Positions 50,321 to 60,100 of a stretch of 64,000 bases of DNA are shown piece after piece; within the stretch, counting starts at the first letter, position 1, and every line of letters starts with the position of its first letter. The stretch is from a bacterium (GTDB lineage Bacteria; Zhuqueibacterota; Zhuqueibacteria; Residuimicrobiales; Krinioviventaceae): positions 832,001 through 896,000 of the forward strand of contig CAXXMD010000003.1 of the NCBI GenBank assembly GCA_963675755.2, read 5' to 3'. The notes under the pieces were generated by a model. The model had not been told where the DNA came from. It was given only the letters and a program-made list of their open reading frames with translations, and did no database searches. A program made the position numbers and the translations under genes.

Positions 50321-50800
50321 TTAAAACATTTTGATAATATAATAATACAACATCATGCCGGAAGCAGCTATTTTCAAACCAATTCCCAGAATTGTGCCTA
50401 CAAATACGCCAAATCCTGCTTTTAATGCATGGTCGCTCTCTTTTCCGGATAACAATTCGCCGGTAAATGCACCAATAAAGGTACCCAAAATCATTCCCCA
50501 GGGTGGGAAAAATATCAATCCCACCAGCAAACCGATTATTGACAACCACAAGCCCAGTTTAGAAGCGCCATATTTTTTTGCTCCCCAAACCGGTGCAATA
50601 TTGTCAAACACGGAAACAAATACCGTGATAATTGCCCAGAATATTAAAAATTTGGGACTGTAAATTTGCCAATCATTCACAAAAGAGATCAGCAAAAGTG
50701 CAGCATAACTAAGTGGTGGGCCCGGTACAATTGGCAGAATACATCCCGCCAACCCAACGATAGAGATCAATAAGCCCAATATGATCAATACAATATCCAT
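50321..50800 (-). CDS. DUF456 family membrane protein
   Basis: ILPIVPGPPL, GAKKYGASK, GxFIGAFxGEL. Confidence 0.88.
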   Translation of the reverse strand: MDIVLIILGLLISIVGLAGCILPIVPGPPLSYAALLLISFVNDWQIYSPKFLIFWAIITVFVSVFDNIAPVWGAKKYGASKLGLWLSIIGLLVGLIFFPPWGMILGTFIGAFTGELLSGKESDHALKAGFGVFVGTILGIGLKIAASGMMLYYYIIKMF

Positions 50801-51600
50801 TATGCATCCCCGTTTTTCCAGGATTTAAAACGATTTTCAATAAACTCGATGGTTTTAGCGTGTTGCTCTTTACCATTGCCCTCTATACTCATGGGCTCAC
50901 CGAATTCAATATAAATTTCTTTTTCCGAATAAATTCCGCCAAAGTCTTTTAACATTTTACCCTGACCCCAGGCATCTGTTTTCAACGCTACCGGAATAAC
51001 CGGTACACCGGCGCGTTTGGCCAGTTTTAAACCAATAGTATTGAAAGTTTCTGGATCAAAAGATTTTGTGCGTGTACGCTGTGGAAAGATAAATACAGAT
51101 GATCCACTATCTAATCTTGCCTGCCCATCATTCATCACAATTGACAGATCTTCGCGGGGATTTTCTCTGCCCACAATAACGGGATTCACACTCATCATTA
51201 CATGCCTGAAAACCGGATAGGTAGCCAGGCTCTTTTTGATTACAAAACTCATATTTCGATAGGGAGTAATGATTGATGATAACGCAAAAGTTTCTAACAC
51301 ACTCATATGATTTGCGGTAAAGACACAAGGAGTAGCCAAATTTTTAATATGGTCCAACCCTGTTATATGAAATTTGCACCCCACACTTTCCAAGGCTTGT
51401 ATTGTAGAATAACTTGATTTGGCCCATTCCTCAACCGTGTACTTGCCTTTTTTAGCAATAGAACTGGCTTTGAAAACAACATTTACAATCTTGCAATAAA
51501 ACACAAATGTGGGAAACAGCTTGGCAAACCAACTGATTTTGGGATTTGTTGTGTGGTACTCTCCATTTTGAACATCAAGAAATTGCGGGGCAGTATTCAT
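50800..51600 (-). CDS. 1-acyl-sn-glycerol-3-phosphate acyltransferase-like (lysophospholipid acyltransferase)
   Basis: ANHMSVLE (NHxSxxD/E), FPQRTR, AGVPVIPVAL. Confidence 0.85.
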   Translation of the reverse strand: MNTAPQFLDVQNGEYHTTNPKISWFAKLFPTFVFYCKIVNVVFKASSIAKKGKYTVEEWAKSSYSTIQALESVGCKFHITGLDHIKNLATPCVFTANHMSVLETFALSSIITPYRNMSFVIKKSLATYPVFRHVMMSVNPVIVGRENPREDLSIVMNDGQARLDSGSSVFIFPQRTRTKSFDPETFNTIGLKLAKRAGVPVIPVALKTDAWGQGKMLKDFGGIYSEKEIYIEFGEPMSIEGNGKEQHAKTIEFIENRFKSWKNGDA

Positions 51601-51720
51601 GTATTTTCCTTTGTAATTACGTTCTTTATATAAACTAAAAAATTGCGTATCTTTTTACTTAAATGCAAGTAGAATTTTATTTTTTCATACATTTCAAACA
51701 GATACGAATCCGGAGGTATT

Positions 51721-52701
51721 ATGCAAAAGGTAAAATGGGGAATTTTAGGGACCGGCAATATTGCAAAAAAATTCGCAGAATGCTTAAAATATGTTGATAA
51801 CGCAGAATTATGGGGTGTGGGTTCACGATTCCAGGAATCCGCTGACAATTTTATGACCGATCTCGATATCCCCAAACGGTATTCCAGCTACCAGGCATTG
51901 ATTGACGACCCGGATGTTCAAATCATCTATGTTTCTACACTCAACCACCTGCACTATGAAAACACCCTCGCCTGCCTGAATGCAGGTAAAGCCGTATTGT
52001 GTGAAAAGCCTTTTACCATTAACGCCAAAGAAGCAAAAGAGCTGATAGATCTTTCCAGATCCAAAAATCTCTTTTTGATGCAGGGATTATGGTCCAGATA
52101 TTTTCCCGTTTATGTACAGGTACGTGAATGGCTGCAAAAAGGCACCATTGGAGAGGTGGAAATGCTTACCGTTTCTCATGGATTTAGAGGAGATTTTAAT
52201 CCCAACAGCCGATTGTTTAATCCTGAATATGGTGGCGGAGCCCTGCTGGATGTGGGCATCTATACCCACTCGCTTGCGTCAATGGTACTGGGGCCTGTAA
52301 AATCTGTTCAGGCCAAAGCAGAAATTGGCCCGTCCGGTGTGGATGAGCTTCTTGCTACAATTCTTCACCACGAGAATGGCGGCATTTCCGTTCTGCAATC
52401 GTCTTTCCGTACAAATATGATCAACCAGGCAATTATCATGGGATCGAAAGGCTACATCCGTATTGCCCCGGCGTACTGGCGACCCAGAAAAGTATATCTG
52501 TGCATGAACGGTGAAGAAGAGCAGGAATTCAACATGCAGATTGATTCGCATGGCTTCCAGTTTGAAGCACAGGAAGCACAGGACTGTATGCTTGCGGGTA
52601 AATTAGAAAGCGACATCATGTCCAACGATGAAACATTAGCACTCATGGAATTGTTAGACACTATACGTGATAAAATCGGATTGACATATCCGATGGAATA
52701 G
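51721..52701 (+). CDS. Gfo/Idh/MocA oxidoreductase (copy 1)
   Basis: WGILGTGNIA, VLCEKPF, GGGALLDVGIY. Confidence 0.92.
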   Translation: MQKVKWGILGTGNIAKKFAECLKYVDNAELWGVGSRFQESADNFMTDLDIPKRYSSYQALIDDPDVQIIYVSTLNHLHYENTLACLNAGKAVLCEKPFTINAKEAKELIDLSRSKNLFLMQGLWSRYFPVYVQVREWLQKGTIGEVEMLTVSHGFRGDFNPNSRLFNPEYGGGALLDVGIYTHSLASMVLGPVKSVQAKAEIGPSGVDELLATILHHENGGISVLQSSFRTNMINQAIIMGSKGYIRIAPAYWRPRKVYLCMNGEEEQEFNMQIDSHGFQFEAQEAQDCMLAGKLESDIMSNDETLALMELLDTIRDKIGLTYPME

Positions 52702-52709
52702 GAACGGGT

Positions 52710-52804
52710 CCTCCGGGTGACTGTTGAAGAGTCTATACAATCTCCTTGTCGGAGAGTTTTTAGTTTTTTCAGGATTATGACCTTTTTCAACGATCACCGG
52801 GAGG
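52710..52804. repeat. Long imperfect hairpin between the tandem oxidoreductases
   Basis: CCTCCGGGTGACTGTTGAAGAGTC...GACCTTTTTCAACGATCACCGGGAGG. Confidence 0.6.
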
Positions 52805-52861
52805 TGGATAAGCGCTGTTTATCAATTACAAAAATTAAAAACTCATTTATCCGGAGGTTAT

Positions 52862-53842
52862 ATGCGTAATGTAAATTGGGGTATCATTGGTACCGGTAAT
52901 ATTGCTCATCAGTTCGCCAAAGGGCTGCAACATGCCAATGGTGCGGTCTTGCTGGGTGTAGGTTCCAGGTCACAGCAATCGGCTGATAGCTTTGCCAATG
53001 AATTTGATATTCCCCGGAGCTATGCCACATATCAGGCGCTTATAGACGATCCGGAAATCGATATCGTTTACATATCCACACCCAACAACCTGCATTACGA
53101 AAACACCAAAGCCTGCCTGAACGCCGGTAAAGCGGTACTGTGCGAAAAACCTTTTACCATCAATCTTGAACAGGCCAAAGAACTGGTACAACTTGCAAGG
53201 GACAAGAATCTTTTTTTGATGGAAGCCTTGTGGTCGCGATTCTTTCCTGCATATAAACAAATGCAGGATTGGTTAAAAGCCGGCACCATCGGGAATGTTG
53301 AAATGTTGTCCGCCAATTTTGGATTTTACGCGGATTATGAAGCCGACAGCCGGTTATACGATCCCGAGTTGGGTGGTGGCTCGCTTTTGGATGTGGGCAT
53401 TTACACCCTTGCACTGGCTTTACATGTATTGGGGCCTGTCAAAAGCATTCTGGCGCAGGCTGATCTGAGCAGCTCCGGTGTGGATGAGAACCTTGCCGTT
53501 ATTCTGCAGCACCAAAACAGTGGCACCTCTGTGCTGCAATCGTCATTTCGCACCAACCTGGTGAATCATGCGGCCATCAATGGTACCAAAGGGTACATCC
53601 GTATTCCGGATCCCTTTTGGCAGCCGGGTACACTTAATCTGTGCATGAACGATCAGCAAGAAGAAAAATTTGACTTCCCTTTTCAAAGTGAGGGCTATCA
53701 ATTTGAAGCAGAAGCGGCACAGCAATGCCTGCTTGAAAGAAAAATCGAAAGCGACATTGTACCGCACAAGGACACACTCGAGATTATGGAACTCATGGAT
53801 GCAATCCGTAAAAAAATCGGATTAAAATTTCCGATGGAATAG
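52862..53842 (+). CDS. Gfo/Idh/MocA oxidoreductase (copy 2, tandem paralog)
   Basis: Same length (326 aa) and motifs as copy 1. Confidence 0.92.
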   Translation: MRNVNWGIIGTGNIAHQFAKGLQHANGAVLLGVGSRSQQSADSFANEFDIPRSYATYQALIDDPEIDIVYISTPNNLHYENTKACLNAGKAVLCEKPFTINLEQAKELVQLARDKNLFLMEALWSRFFPAYKQMQDWLKAGTIGNVEMLSANFGFYADYEADSRLYDPELGGGSLLDVGIYTLALALHVLGPVKSILAQADLSSSGVDENLAVILQHQNSGTSVLQSSFRTNLVNHAAINGTKGYIRIPDPFWQPGTLNLCMNDQQEEKFDFPFQSEGYQFEAEAAQQCLLERKIESDIVPHKDTLEIMELMDAIRKKIGLKFPME

Positions 53843-53964
53843 AAACTGAACACCTCCCGGAGGTCCGGGACCTTGTTGTAAGGATTTATAAATTCATATA
53901 ATTATATTTGATTTAAAAAGGTTTTTTAATACATTTATTTTGAATATAATGGGAGTATAGAAAT

Positions 53965-54255
53965 ATGACCCGCTCTGAAATTCTCAAAATTTTAAAAAAA
54001 TATAAAAAAGATAATTCAAAAAAGTATGGAATTAACAATCTAGGGCTTTTTGGTTCTTATGCCAGAAATTTAGCAGATAATAAAAGTGATATTGATATAA
54101 TGATTGAAACCCGGGAACCCGACATGTATCAATTGGTCCACATTAAAGAAGAACTGGAAACATTATTTAACAAATCTGTTGATATTGTACGAATCCGGGA
54201 AAATATGAATCCCTATTTGAAAAAAAGAATAGACAAAGATGGCCAGTATGTATGA
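53965..54255 (+). CDS. Minimal nucleotidyltransferase antitoxin (MntA-like)
   Basis: LFGSYAR...SDIDI (GSx10DxD), 96 aa, overlaps the HEPN gene. Confidence 0.92.
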   Translation: MTRSEILKILKKYKKDNSKKYGINNLGLFGSYARNLADNKSDIDIMIETREPDMYQLVHIKEELETLFNKSVDIVRIRENMNPYLKKRIDKDGQYV

Positions 54256-54628
54256 CAAAACACTAGTCTGTGATATTCTGTATCAAATATTTGATGCTAC
54301 TCAAAAAGTGAGTCAACGTTTCGAGCCAATAAAAACAGTATCTGATTTTACAGACTCTTCTATGGGTATGGAAAAACTGGATTCAATTTGCATGTTACTA
54401 ATAGCGATTGGTGAAAGTTTAAAAAACATTGATAAAATAACAGACGAAACGCTATTAAAACAATTTCCTGAAATTGATTGGAAAGGCGCCAAAGGGCTGA
54501 GAGACATAATATCACATCATTACTTTGATATCGATGCAGAAGAAATTTTCTGGGTATGCGACAAACACATTCCACCGCTTGCAAAAACAATTGAAAAAAT
54601 AATATCGCACTTGAATTGTAAAAACTAA
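54248..54628 (+). CDS. HepT-like HEPN ribonuclease toxin (DUF86)
   Basis: IGESLKNI, PEIDWK, RDIISHHY (Rx4HxY). Confidence 0.92.
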   Translation: MYDKTLVCDILYQIFDATQKVSQRFEPIKTVSDFTDSSMGMEKLDSICMLLIAIGESLKNIDKITDETLLKQFPEIDWKGAKGLRDIISHHYFDIDAEEIFWVCDKHIPPLAKTIEKIISHLNCKN

Positions 54629-54678
54629 CAAACATAACCTCCGGGGATTGCATAGACTGGCATAAAGGGAGAGCAAGA

Positions 54679-55050
54679 ATGCCTTCAATCATTATAATCT
54701 GTTGTGGACTTGCAATTGCTTCTGTATGGACAGCGGATATAATCAGCGGCAAAAAGTTTGACAAAAAACATGGACTTTTGAAAGCCCGGGATCCGGAAAG
54801 CGGTTCTCTTTTGTTACCGCACTGGATTGCTGAATATTTAACAGCAATCAGCTTAATTGCTGCCGGAATCGGAATGTTAACCAGTCAACCCTGGGCATCT
54901 CCTTTATCTTTTCTTGCTTTGGGTGCGCTGGCGTATACGTCCATAAACAGTCTATCCTGGGCATTGGCAGAAAAAGAGAGACGGACATATGCCATCCCCA
55001 TGTTGATTTGTCTGGCAGGGGTGGTCGTCTCTTTGGTTATGCTGGTTTAG
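54679..55050 (+). CDS. Hypothetical membrane protein
   Basis: About 4 hydrophobic segments, GGAGAG RBS. Confidence 0.65.
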   Translation: MPSIIIICCGLAIASVWTADIISGKKFDKKHGLLKARDPESGSLLLPHWIAEYLTAISLIAAGIGMLTSQPWASPLSFLALGALAYTSINSLSWALAEKERRTYAIPMLICLAGVVVSLVMLV

Positions 55051-55202
55051 CAGAGAAGCTGTTTTTTGTCTGAATTATGATTTATAGGATTTGAGAAATG
55101 ACATGTTTACATTATATTAATAACATATTGGAACCTTATTCTTACAAGTAAATTCAGATTTGGAATCCGAGTTTCTGACATCTAACAAAACACAGTAAAC
55201 AA

Positions 55203-55670
55203 ATGATAGATTACGAAAAATCAAATATCCTATTAGGCAAAGAGTCATCTGAATATCTGCTGATTCTTGTTTATAATTTTACCTATCCAAATTCTACTGA
55301 TTTTTCAGATGGCAACTGGCTAAATACAAGAATCAAAATTAAAGTTGGTGGTTTTACTGCTGATTACGAAGCACTGCTAAGCAATGTAGATTTCTTTTAT
55401 TTTAAAAATGATTTGGAAAAATTATATACTAAACTTGATGGGACCGCAAAATTTAATTGTATTGAAGAATATTTACAAATAAAAATCAAAGGTGATGGGT
55501 TAGGTCGCTTTGCAGCCGATTGTATTGCTATTGACAAACCTGGTTACGGTCATGAATTAAAGTTTAGAATAGAATTTGACCAAACTGAAATCCTAAATAT
55601 GGTTAAAATGATAAATAGTTTATTGGACGAGTTTCCAATAAAAGATATTGAACAAATAGAACGGTATTGA
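55203..55670 (+). CDS. Probable WapI-like immunity protein
   Basis: DGNWL..IKVGGFTA..DLEKLY..LDGTAKF..EEYLQI..GDGLG..DQT pattern resembles WapI-family proteins (recalled, not searched); AT-rich. Confidence 0.55.
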   Translation: MIDYEKSNILLGKESSEYLLILVYNFTYPNSTDFSDGNWLNTRIKIKVGGFTADYEALLSNVDFFYFKNDLEKLYTKLDGTAKFNCIEEYLQIKIKGDGLGRFAADCIAIDKPGYGHELKFRIEFDQTEILNMVKMINSLLDEFPIKDIEQIERY

Positions 55671-55913
55671 TTCAAACTGCTACATGAATTATTGCCTCTG
55701 GAATTCAACAGGTCTCACCCCTCCGCGATCCTCTGCACCTCTGCGTTAAAATCAAACTCCCGGCCACTTGACTATTTGCTTGTAAAAAACAGACTTTATG
55801 ATTATTATGTTATCATAATCAAGCTTTTAAAATATCTGTATGACAGGGTGCCTGCCACCTTGATCTCTCCTTTTTATTCAAGCTGTGGAAACCAAAAGAA
55901 AGGTGTTTTTTAA

Positions 55914-57056
55914 ATGAAAAGCCAATCAAAGATATTGCCCCTCTTTCTAACAGTCGTATTGTTGTTACTTTCAAGCATACAAGTCATTGCATACGATGGA
56001 CTACAACCGGGCCTGGGGACCTTGCCCTTGCTGGGCCAGGGAACAACCCGTTCTATTTCTGCAGAGAATCCAACCGGTGAAAAGGGCAAGGGCGGCATGG
56101 CAATCCCTGATCCTACCGATCCCAAACCTGCCACTGCTGCCAGAGCTGCGGACGATCTGGGACAAGGTTGGAAAGTCCGCCCGTTCATCAGAGTGAATGC
56201 GGGCGAGACGGCAACGCTGATGGATGTATCCGGATCGGGTATTATTCAGCATATCTGGATGGTGGTAGAAGCCTGCAATCGTGGTATGGTTCTGCGGTTT
56301 TACTGGGATGGCGAAGAAACACCATCGGTAGAAGTCCCGGCGACCGAGTTTTTTGCAGTGGGCCATGGCAAAGCGGCACCGGTCAATTCGCTGGCTGTTA
56401 CGGTGAATCCCAGAAACGGCCTGTCCTGTTTTTGGCCCATGCCTTTTCGCAAGCACGCCAGAATCACAATGACCAATGAAACAAACAAAGATGTAGAACT
56501 GGTGGCCTACCAGATCACCTATGTGGAAACCAAAGTCCCGAAAGAAGCAGGCCTGTTTCACGCCCAGTATCGCAAGGCCTCACTGGCAGAGGGCAATCCC
56601 TATACCGTTCTTGACGGTGTCAAGGGACAGGGCCGCTATGTAGGGACCTTTATGGCCTGGACCCAAAGAGAACCCAAATGGTTTGGCGAGGGAGAATTTA
56701 AATTTTACATGGATGGCGATGGCAAATTCCCCACCATCTGCGGTACCGGTACAGAAGACTATTTTCTGGCAAGTTATGGCTTTCCGGGGCTTTATTCAAC
56801 AGCCTATTCCGGATCTGTGCTCAAAGCAGACGAGAATGGTACCATGCCGCAATATTGGAGCGTGTACCGGTGGCACATTCAGGACCCGATCAATTTTGAA
56901 CAGGATTTAAAAATAACTCTTCAAGGTTTGGGATGGGGTAAAAAATACAGAAAACTAACCAAGGATGATATTACCACCGTCGCTTACTGGTACCAGGCAG
57001 AGCCCCATGCGCCGTTCCCCAAACTTCCGGCACTTGAAACCCGACTGCGGGATTGA
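55914..57056 (+). CDS. Glycoside hydrolase family 172 (DUF2961)
   Basis: RSISAENPTGEKGKGG, GIIQHIW, YWDGEETPSVEVP, WPMPFRK, WFGEGE, ICGTGTEDYF, YRWHIQDPI. Confidence 0.9.
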   Translation: MKSQSKILPLFLTVVLLLLSSIQVIAYDGLQPGLGTLPLLGQGTTRSISAENPTGEKGKGGMAIPDPTDPKPATAARAADDLGQGWKVRPFIRVNAGETATLMDVSGSGIIQHIWMVVEACNRGMVLRFYWDGEETPSVEVPATEFFAVGHGKAAPVNSLAVTVNPRNGLSCFWPMPFRKHARITMTNETNKDVELVAYQITYVETKVPKEAGLFHAQYRKASLAEGNPYTVLDGVKGQGRYVGTFMAWTQREPKWFGEGEFKFYMDGDGKFPTICGTGTEDYFLASYGFPGLYSTAYSGSVLKADENGTMPQYWSVYRWHIQDPINFEQDLKITLQGLGWGKKYRKLTKDDITTVAYWYQAEPHAPFPKLPALETRLRD

Positions 57057-57097
57057 TCTGTATTAACAATTTGCGTTCCTGGTGCTTTTAGAATCAG

Positions 57098-57130
57098 AAC
57101 CTCCCGGAGGTCAGGGACCTCCGGGAGGTT
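57098..57130. repeat. Perfect 15-bp palindromic REP-like element
   Basis: AACCTCCCGGAGGTC-AGG-GACCTCCGGGAGGTT; partial relatives at 53852-53873 and 54637-54650. Confidence 0.8.
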
Positions 57131-57221
57131 GGTTAATCTCTGCGTTCTCCGCGCCTCTGTGTTAAAAAAATCACCACATCAATGAATGGGGTGGGGTATA
57201 AGCTCCCCACTACTTATAAAC

Positions 57222-57252
57222 AAAAAAAGCCCGAACCAAGTGGTCCGGGCTT
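57222..57252 (-). terminator. Intrinsic terminator after the sugar-phosphate isomerase gene
   Basis: Minus strand AAGCCCGGACC-ACTT-GGTTCGGGCTT followed by a T run. Confidence 0.75.
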
Positions 57253-57270
57253 GAACAATTCAAAATACTA

Positions 57271-58269
57271 TCAGTCTTTTCTTGAGAATGCTTCGTCAAA
57301 TACGCCTGAAGGAACGGAATATATAAAGTTTTTCATATATTCGCAGGCATCTTTGGCGCCAAATTCACGGTCCATGCCGGCATCTTCCCATTCAACAGAA
57401 TAAGGACCGGTATAACCAATCTGATTCAGTTTGCGGGTAAGGGCTTCAAAATCAACATCGCCGCGACCTACAGATACAAATTCCCATCCGCGTCCGGGTT
57501 GACCAAAATTCAAATGAGAGCCCAAAATACCGTTTCTGCCATCAAGATTTACAACACAGTCTTTCATGTGGCAATGATAAATGCGGTCTTTGAATTCTTC
57601 CAAAAAGACAACGGGGTCAATTCCCTGCCATACCAGGTGACTGGGATCAAAGTTGAATCCAAAAGATTTACGATGGTTAATCGCTTCCAACGCTTTATGT
57701 GTGGTTACAATATCATAAGCAATTTCAGTGGGGTGTACTTCAAGCGCAAAGTTTACACCGTTTTCTTCAAACACATCCAAAATCGGGTTAAACATTTCAG
57801 CAAAGTACTCGTAACCTTTTTCAATATCTGCCCAATCGTTTGGCGGAAATGAATACAACAGATGCCAAATAGATGAACCCGTAAAACCATTCACTACATC
57901 AACACCTAAATTCTTGGCAGCTTTGGCAGCAGCTTTCATGGATTTAACACCATGCTGGCGTTTCTTTTCTGCATCGCCCGCACAATCTGCAGGTGCAAAA
58001 CCGTCTGAACGACTGTCATTATTAGGATCACAAATCAACTGGCCTGTCAGGTGATTACTGATAGCCCAAACATCCAGTCCATATTTTTTCAAAGTCGCGC
58101 GTTTTTCATCGCAATAGGCTTTATCTTCTGCACCTTTGAATACATCAAAATGGTCGCCCCAGCAGGCAAGTTCCAAACCTTCGTAACCAAATTCTTTAGC
58201 TTTTTGGCAGACAGTTTCCAAAGGCAAATCTGCCCATTGGCCGGTACATAAAGTAATAGGATTGTTCAT
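57271..58269 (-). CDS. Sugar phosphate isomerase/epimerase (xylose-isomerase-like TIM barrel)
   Basis: TGQWADLPLE, ELACWGDH, ALEVHPTEIAYD, NFDPSH, HMKD, SVEWED. Confidence 0.9.
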   Translation of the reverse strand: MNNPITLCTGQWADLPLETVCQKAKEFGYEGLELACWGDHFDVFKGAEDKAYCDEKRATLKKYGLDVWAISNHLTGQLICDPNNDSRSDGFAPADCAGDAEKKRQHGVKSMKAAAKAAKNLGVDVVNGFTGSSIWHLLYSFPPNDWADIEKGYEYFAEMFNPILDVFEENGVNFALEVHPTEIAYDIVTTHKALEAINHRKSFGFNFDPSHLVWQGIDPVVFLEEFKDRIYHCHMKDCVVNLDGRNGILGSHLNFGQPGRGWEFVSVGRGDVDFEALTRKLNQIGYTGPYSVEWEDAGMDREFGAKDACEYMKNFIYSVPSGVFDEAFSRKD

Positions 58270-58298
58270 ATTTTCACTCCCTTGTAGATTGCTGTCAA

Positions 58299-59483
58299 TT
58301 ATTTAACCTTTTTTACCCATTTTTGATCACTGTTGCTGCTGTTTACAACAGTTTCAATAAAACACATACCTTCCAGACCGTCATCAACATTGGGGAAATC
58401 CAGTTCCAGTGCGGTTGGTTTGCGGCCTTCCATTTGTGCGCGCATGGTATCTGTACAGTTGAGATAGAGATTCGAGAACGCTTCAATAAACGCTTCTGGG
58501 TGACCCGCAGGAATTCTGCTGGCGCGTTTTGCAGCATCACAAAGATAATCGTTACCACGACGTAAGATCTGAACCGGTTGTCCCTGCTGATAAAAATACA
58601 GATAATTGGGATTTTCCTGGTACCAGCGAATACCGCCTTTGGTACCAAAAACGCGGATGTTTAAATCATTTTCCATACCGGTGCTGATCTGTGATGAATG
58701 CAAAACACCTTTGGCGCCATTGTTATAACGCAGCAGAATGTTAACATCATCATCCAGAACACGGCCTTGAACAAAAGATGTCAGGTCCGCGCAGAGTTCA
58801 TTAATTTTTAAACCAGAGATATAAGCTGCCAGATTTTCGGCATGTGTAGCAATATCACCCAAACAACCACCGGCACCAGCCTGTTTCGGGTCTGTTCTCC
58901 ATTCAGCTTGTTTAGAACCGGCTTCTTCCACTTTGGTCAGCAGCCAGTCTTGCGGATATTCTACAACGATTTTCTGAATTTCGCCCAGTTGACCGCTTTC
59001 AACCATATACTTGGCTTGTTTTACCATGGGATAGCCGGTATAGTTGTGCTGTAAAGAAAAAACTTTACCAGTCTTTTCAACAACGGCTTTTAACTCTTTG
59101 GCTTCTGCAACATCCATAGTCATGGGTTTTTCACAAACCACATGAAAACCTGCTTCTAAAAATGCTTTAGCTATGGGGAAATGCCAGTTATTAGGAGTAG
59201 TAACGGATACAAAATCAATACGTTTATCTTCCGGTAATGCCAGCTCGCCTTTGATCATGTCTTCATAATTTGCATAGGCACGACTGGGATCAATATTCTG
59301 CTCTATACCGGTTTCTTTGGATTTTGCAGGATCAATATCAAACGCACCGGCAACCAATTCATTACGGCCGTCAATACGTGCAGCTTTACGATGGACTTCA
59401 CCAATAAAGGCGCCGGGGCCACCGCCAACCATTCCCATACGCAGTTTACGTACAGCGGCTGAGCTTTCTTTACCCTCTATCAT
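58299..59483 (-). CDS. Gfo/Idh/MocA oxidoreductase
   Basis: MGMVGGGPGAFIGEVHR, VCEKP, HNYTGYPMV, GDIATHA, PAGHPEAF. Confidence 0.92.
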   Translation of the reverse strand: MIEGKESSAAVRKLRMGMVGGGPGAFIGEVHRKAARIDGRNELVAGAFDIDPAKSKETGIEQNIDPSRAYANYEDMIKGELALPEDKRIDFVSVTTPNNWHFPIAKAFLEAGFHVVCEKPMTMDVAEAKELKAVVEKTGKVFSLQHNYTGYPMVKQAKYMVESGQLGEIQKIVVEYPQDWLLTKVEEAGSKQAEWRTDPKQAGAGGCLGDIATHAENLAAYISGLKINELCADLTSFVQGRVLDDDVNILLRYNNGAKGVLHSSQISTGMENDLNIRVFGTKGGIRWYQENPNYLYFYQQGQPVQILRRGNDYLCDAAKRASRIPAGHPEAFIEAFSNLYLNCTDTMRAQMEGRKPTALELDFPNVDDGLEGMCFIETVVNSSNSDQKWVKKVK

Positions 59484-59895
59484 TTTACCTCCTTGATAAT
59501 GTTATATGATTATTGAAAAAATTATTCTAAAAAAATGTGGCAAGTCAAATAATATAGTAGCTGTTGTTTGAATTTTCAAGCACTTTGTTTTCAAAAATTT
59601 GGTATAATTATGATTTATTGTTCAAAATCAATTCCACCCGATCTCTTTTTTGCAACATTCCGTCAATAGGTTATATTTCTATCAATAGAATTTGTTTCAA
59701 AGTTTTTTATGATTTTAGTAAAGCAGTATAATATAGTCTCCCCAAACCTCAAAGTCAATTTTTTTATTTTTAACTAATAGTAACTAAAAAAATAACACAT
59801 TTAAAAATCCCCCCTTGTTTTTCAAGGTCTACGAATAAAGAAAATTTTTAATGGATATGGAGCCGGAAAAACCGACCTAAAATCAATAAAAATAC

Positions 59896-60100
59896 TTGAC
59901 TAAATTAAAAAAATGATGTAATTTTTATCGAATTAGTAATGTGCACCAAATCTCCTTGTTACGTTTTGCTGTATGGACACCTTGTATTCCGTCAAAGCAA
60001 TACAATTAGCACATAATTTTTTTTTCAACGATCACCACTTGTGTGTTGGCAGGGTATAACAGGTGTACAATCGTTGTACACATTTTGAAAGGATCTCCAC
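59896..60100 (+). promoter_or_regulatory. csp promoter (TTGACT-N17-TAATTT) and about 170-nt structured 5' leader
   Basis: Hexamers at 59896 and 59919; hairpin plus T9 at 59941-60025; hairpin at 60063-60081. Confidence 0.5.
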
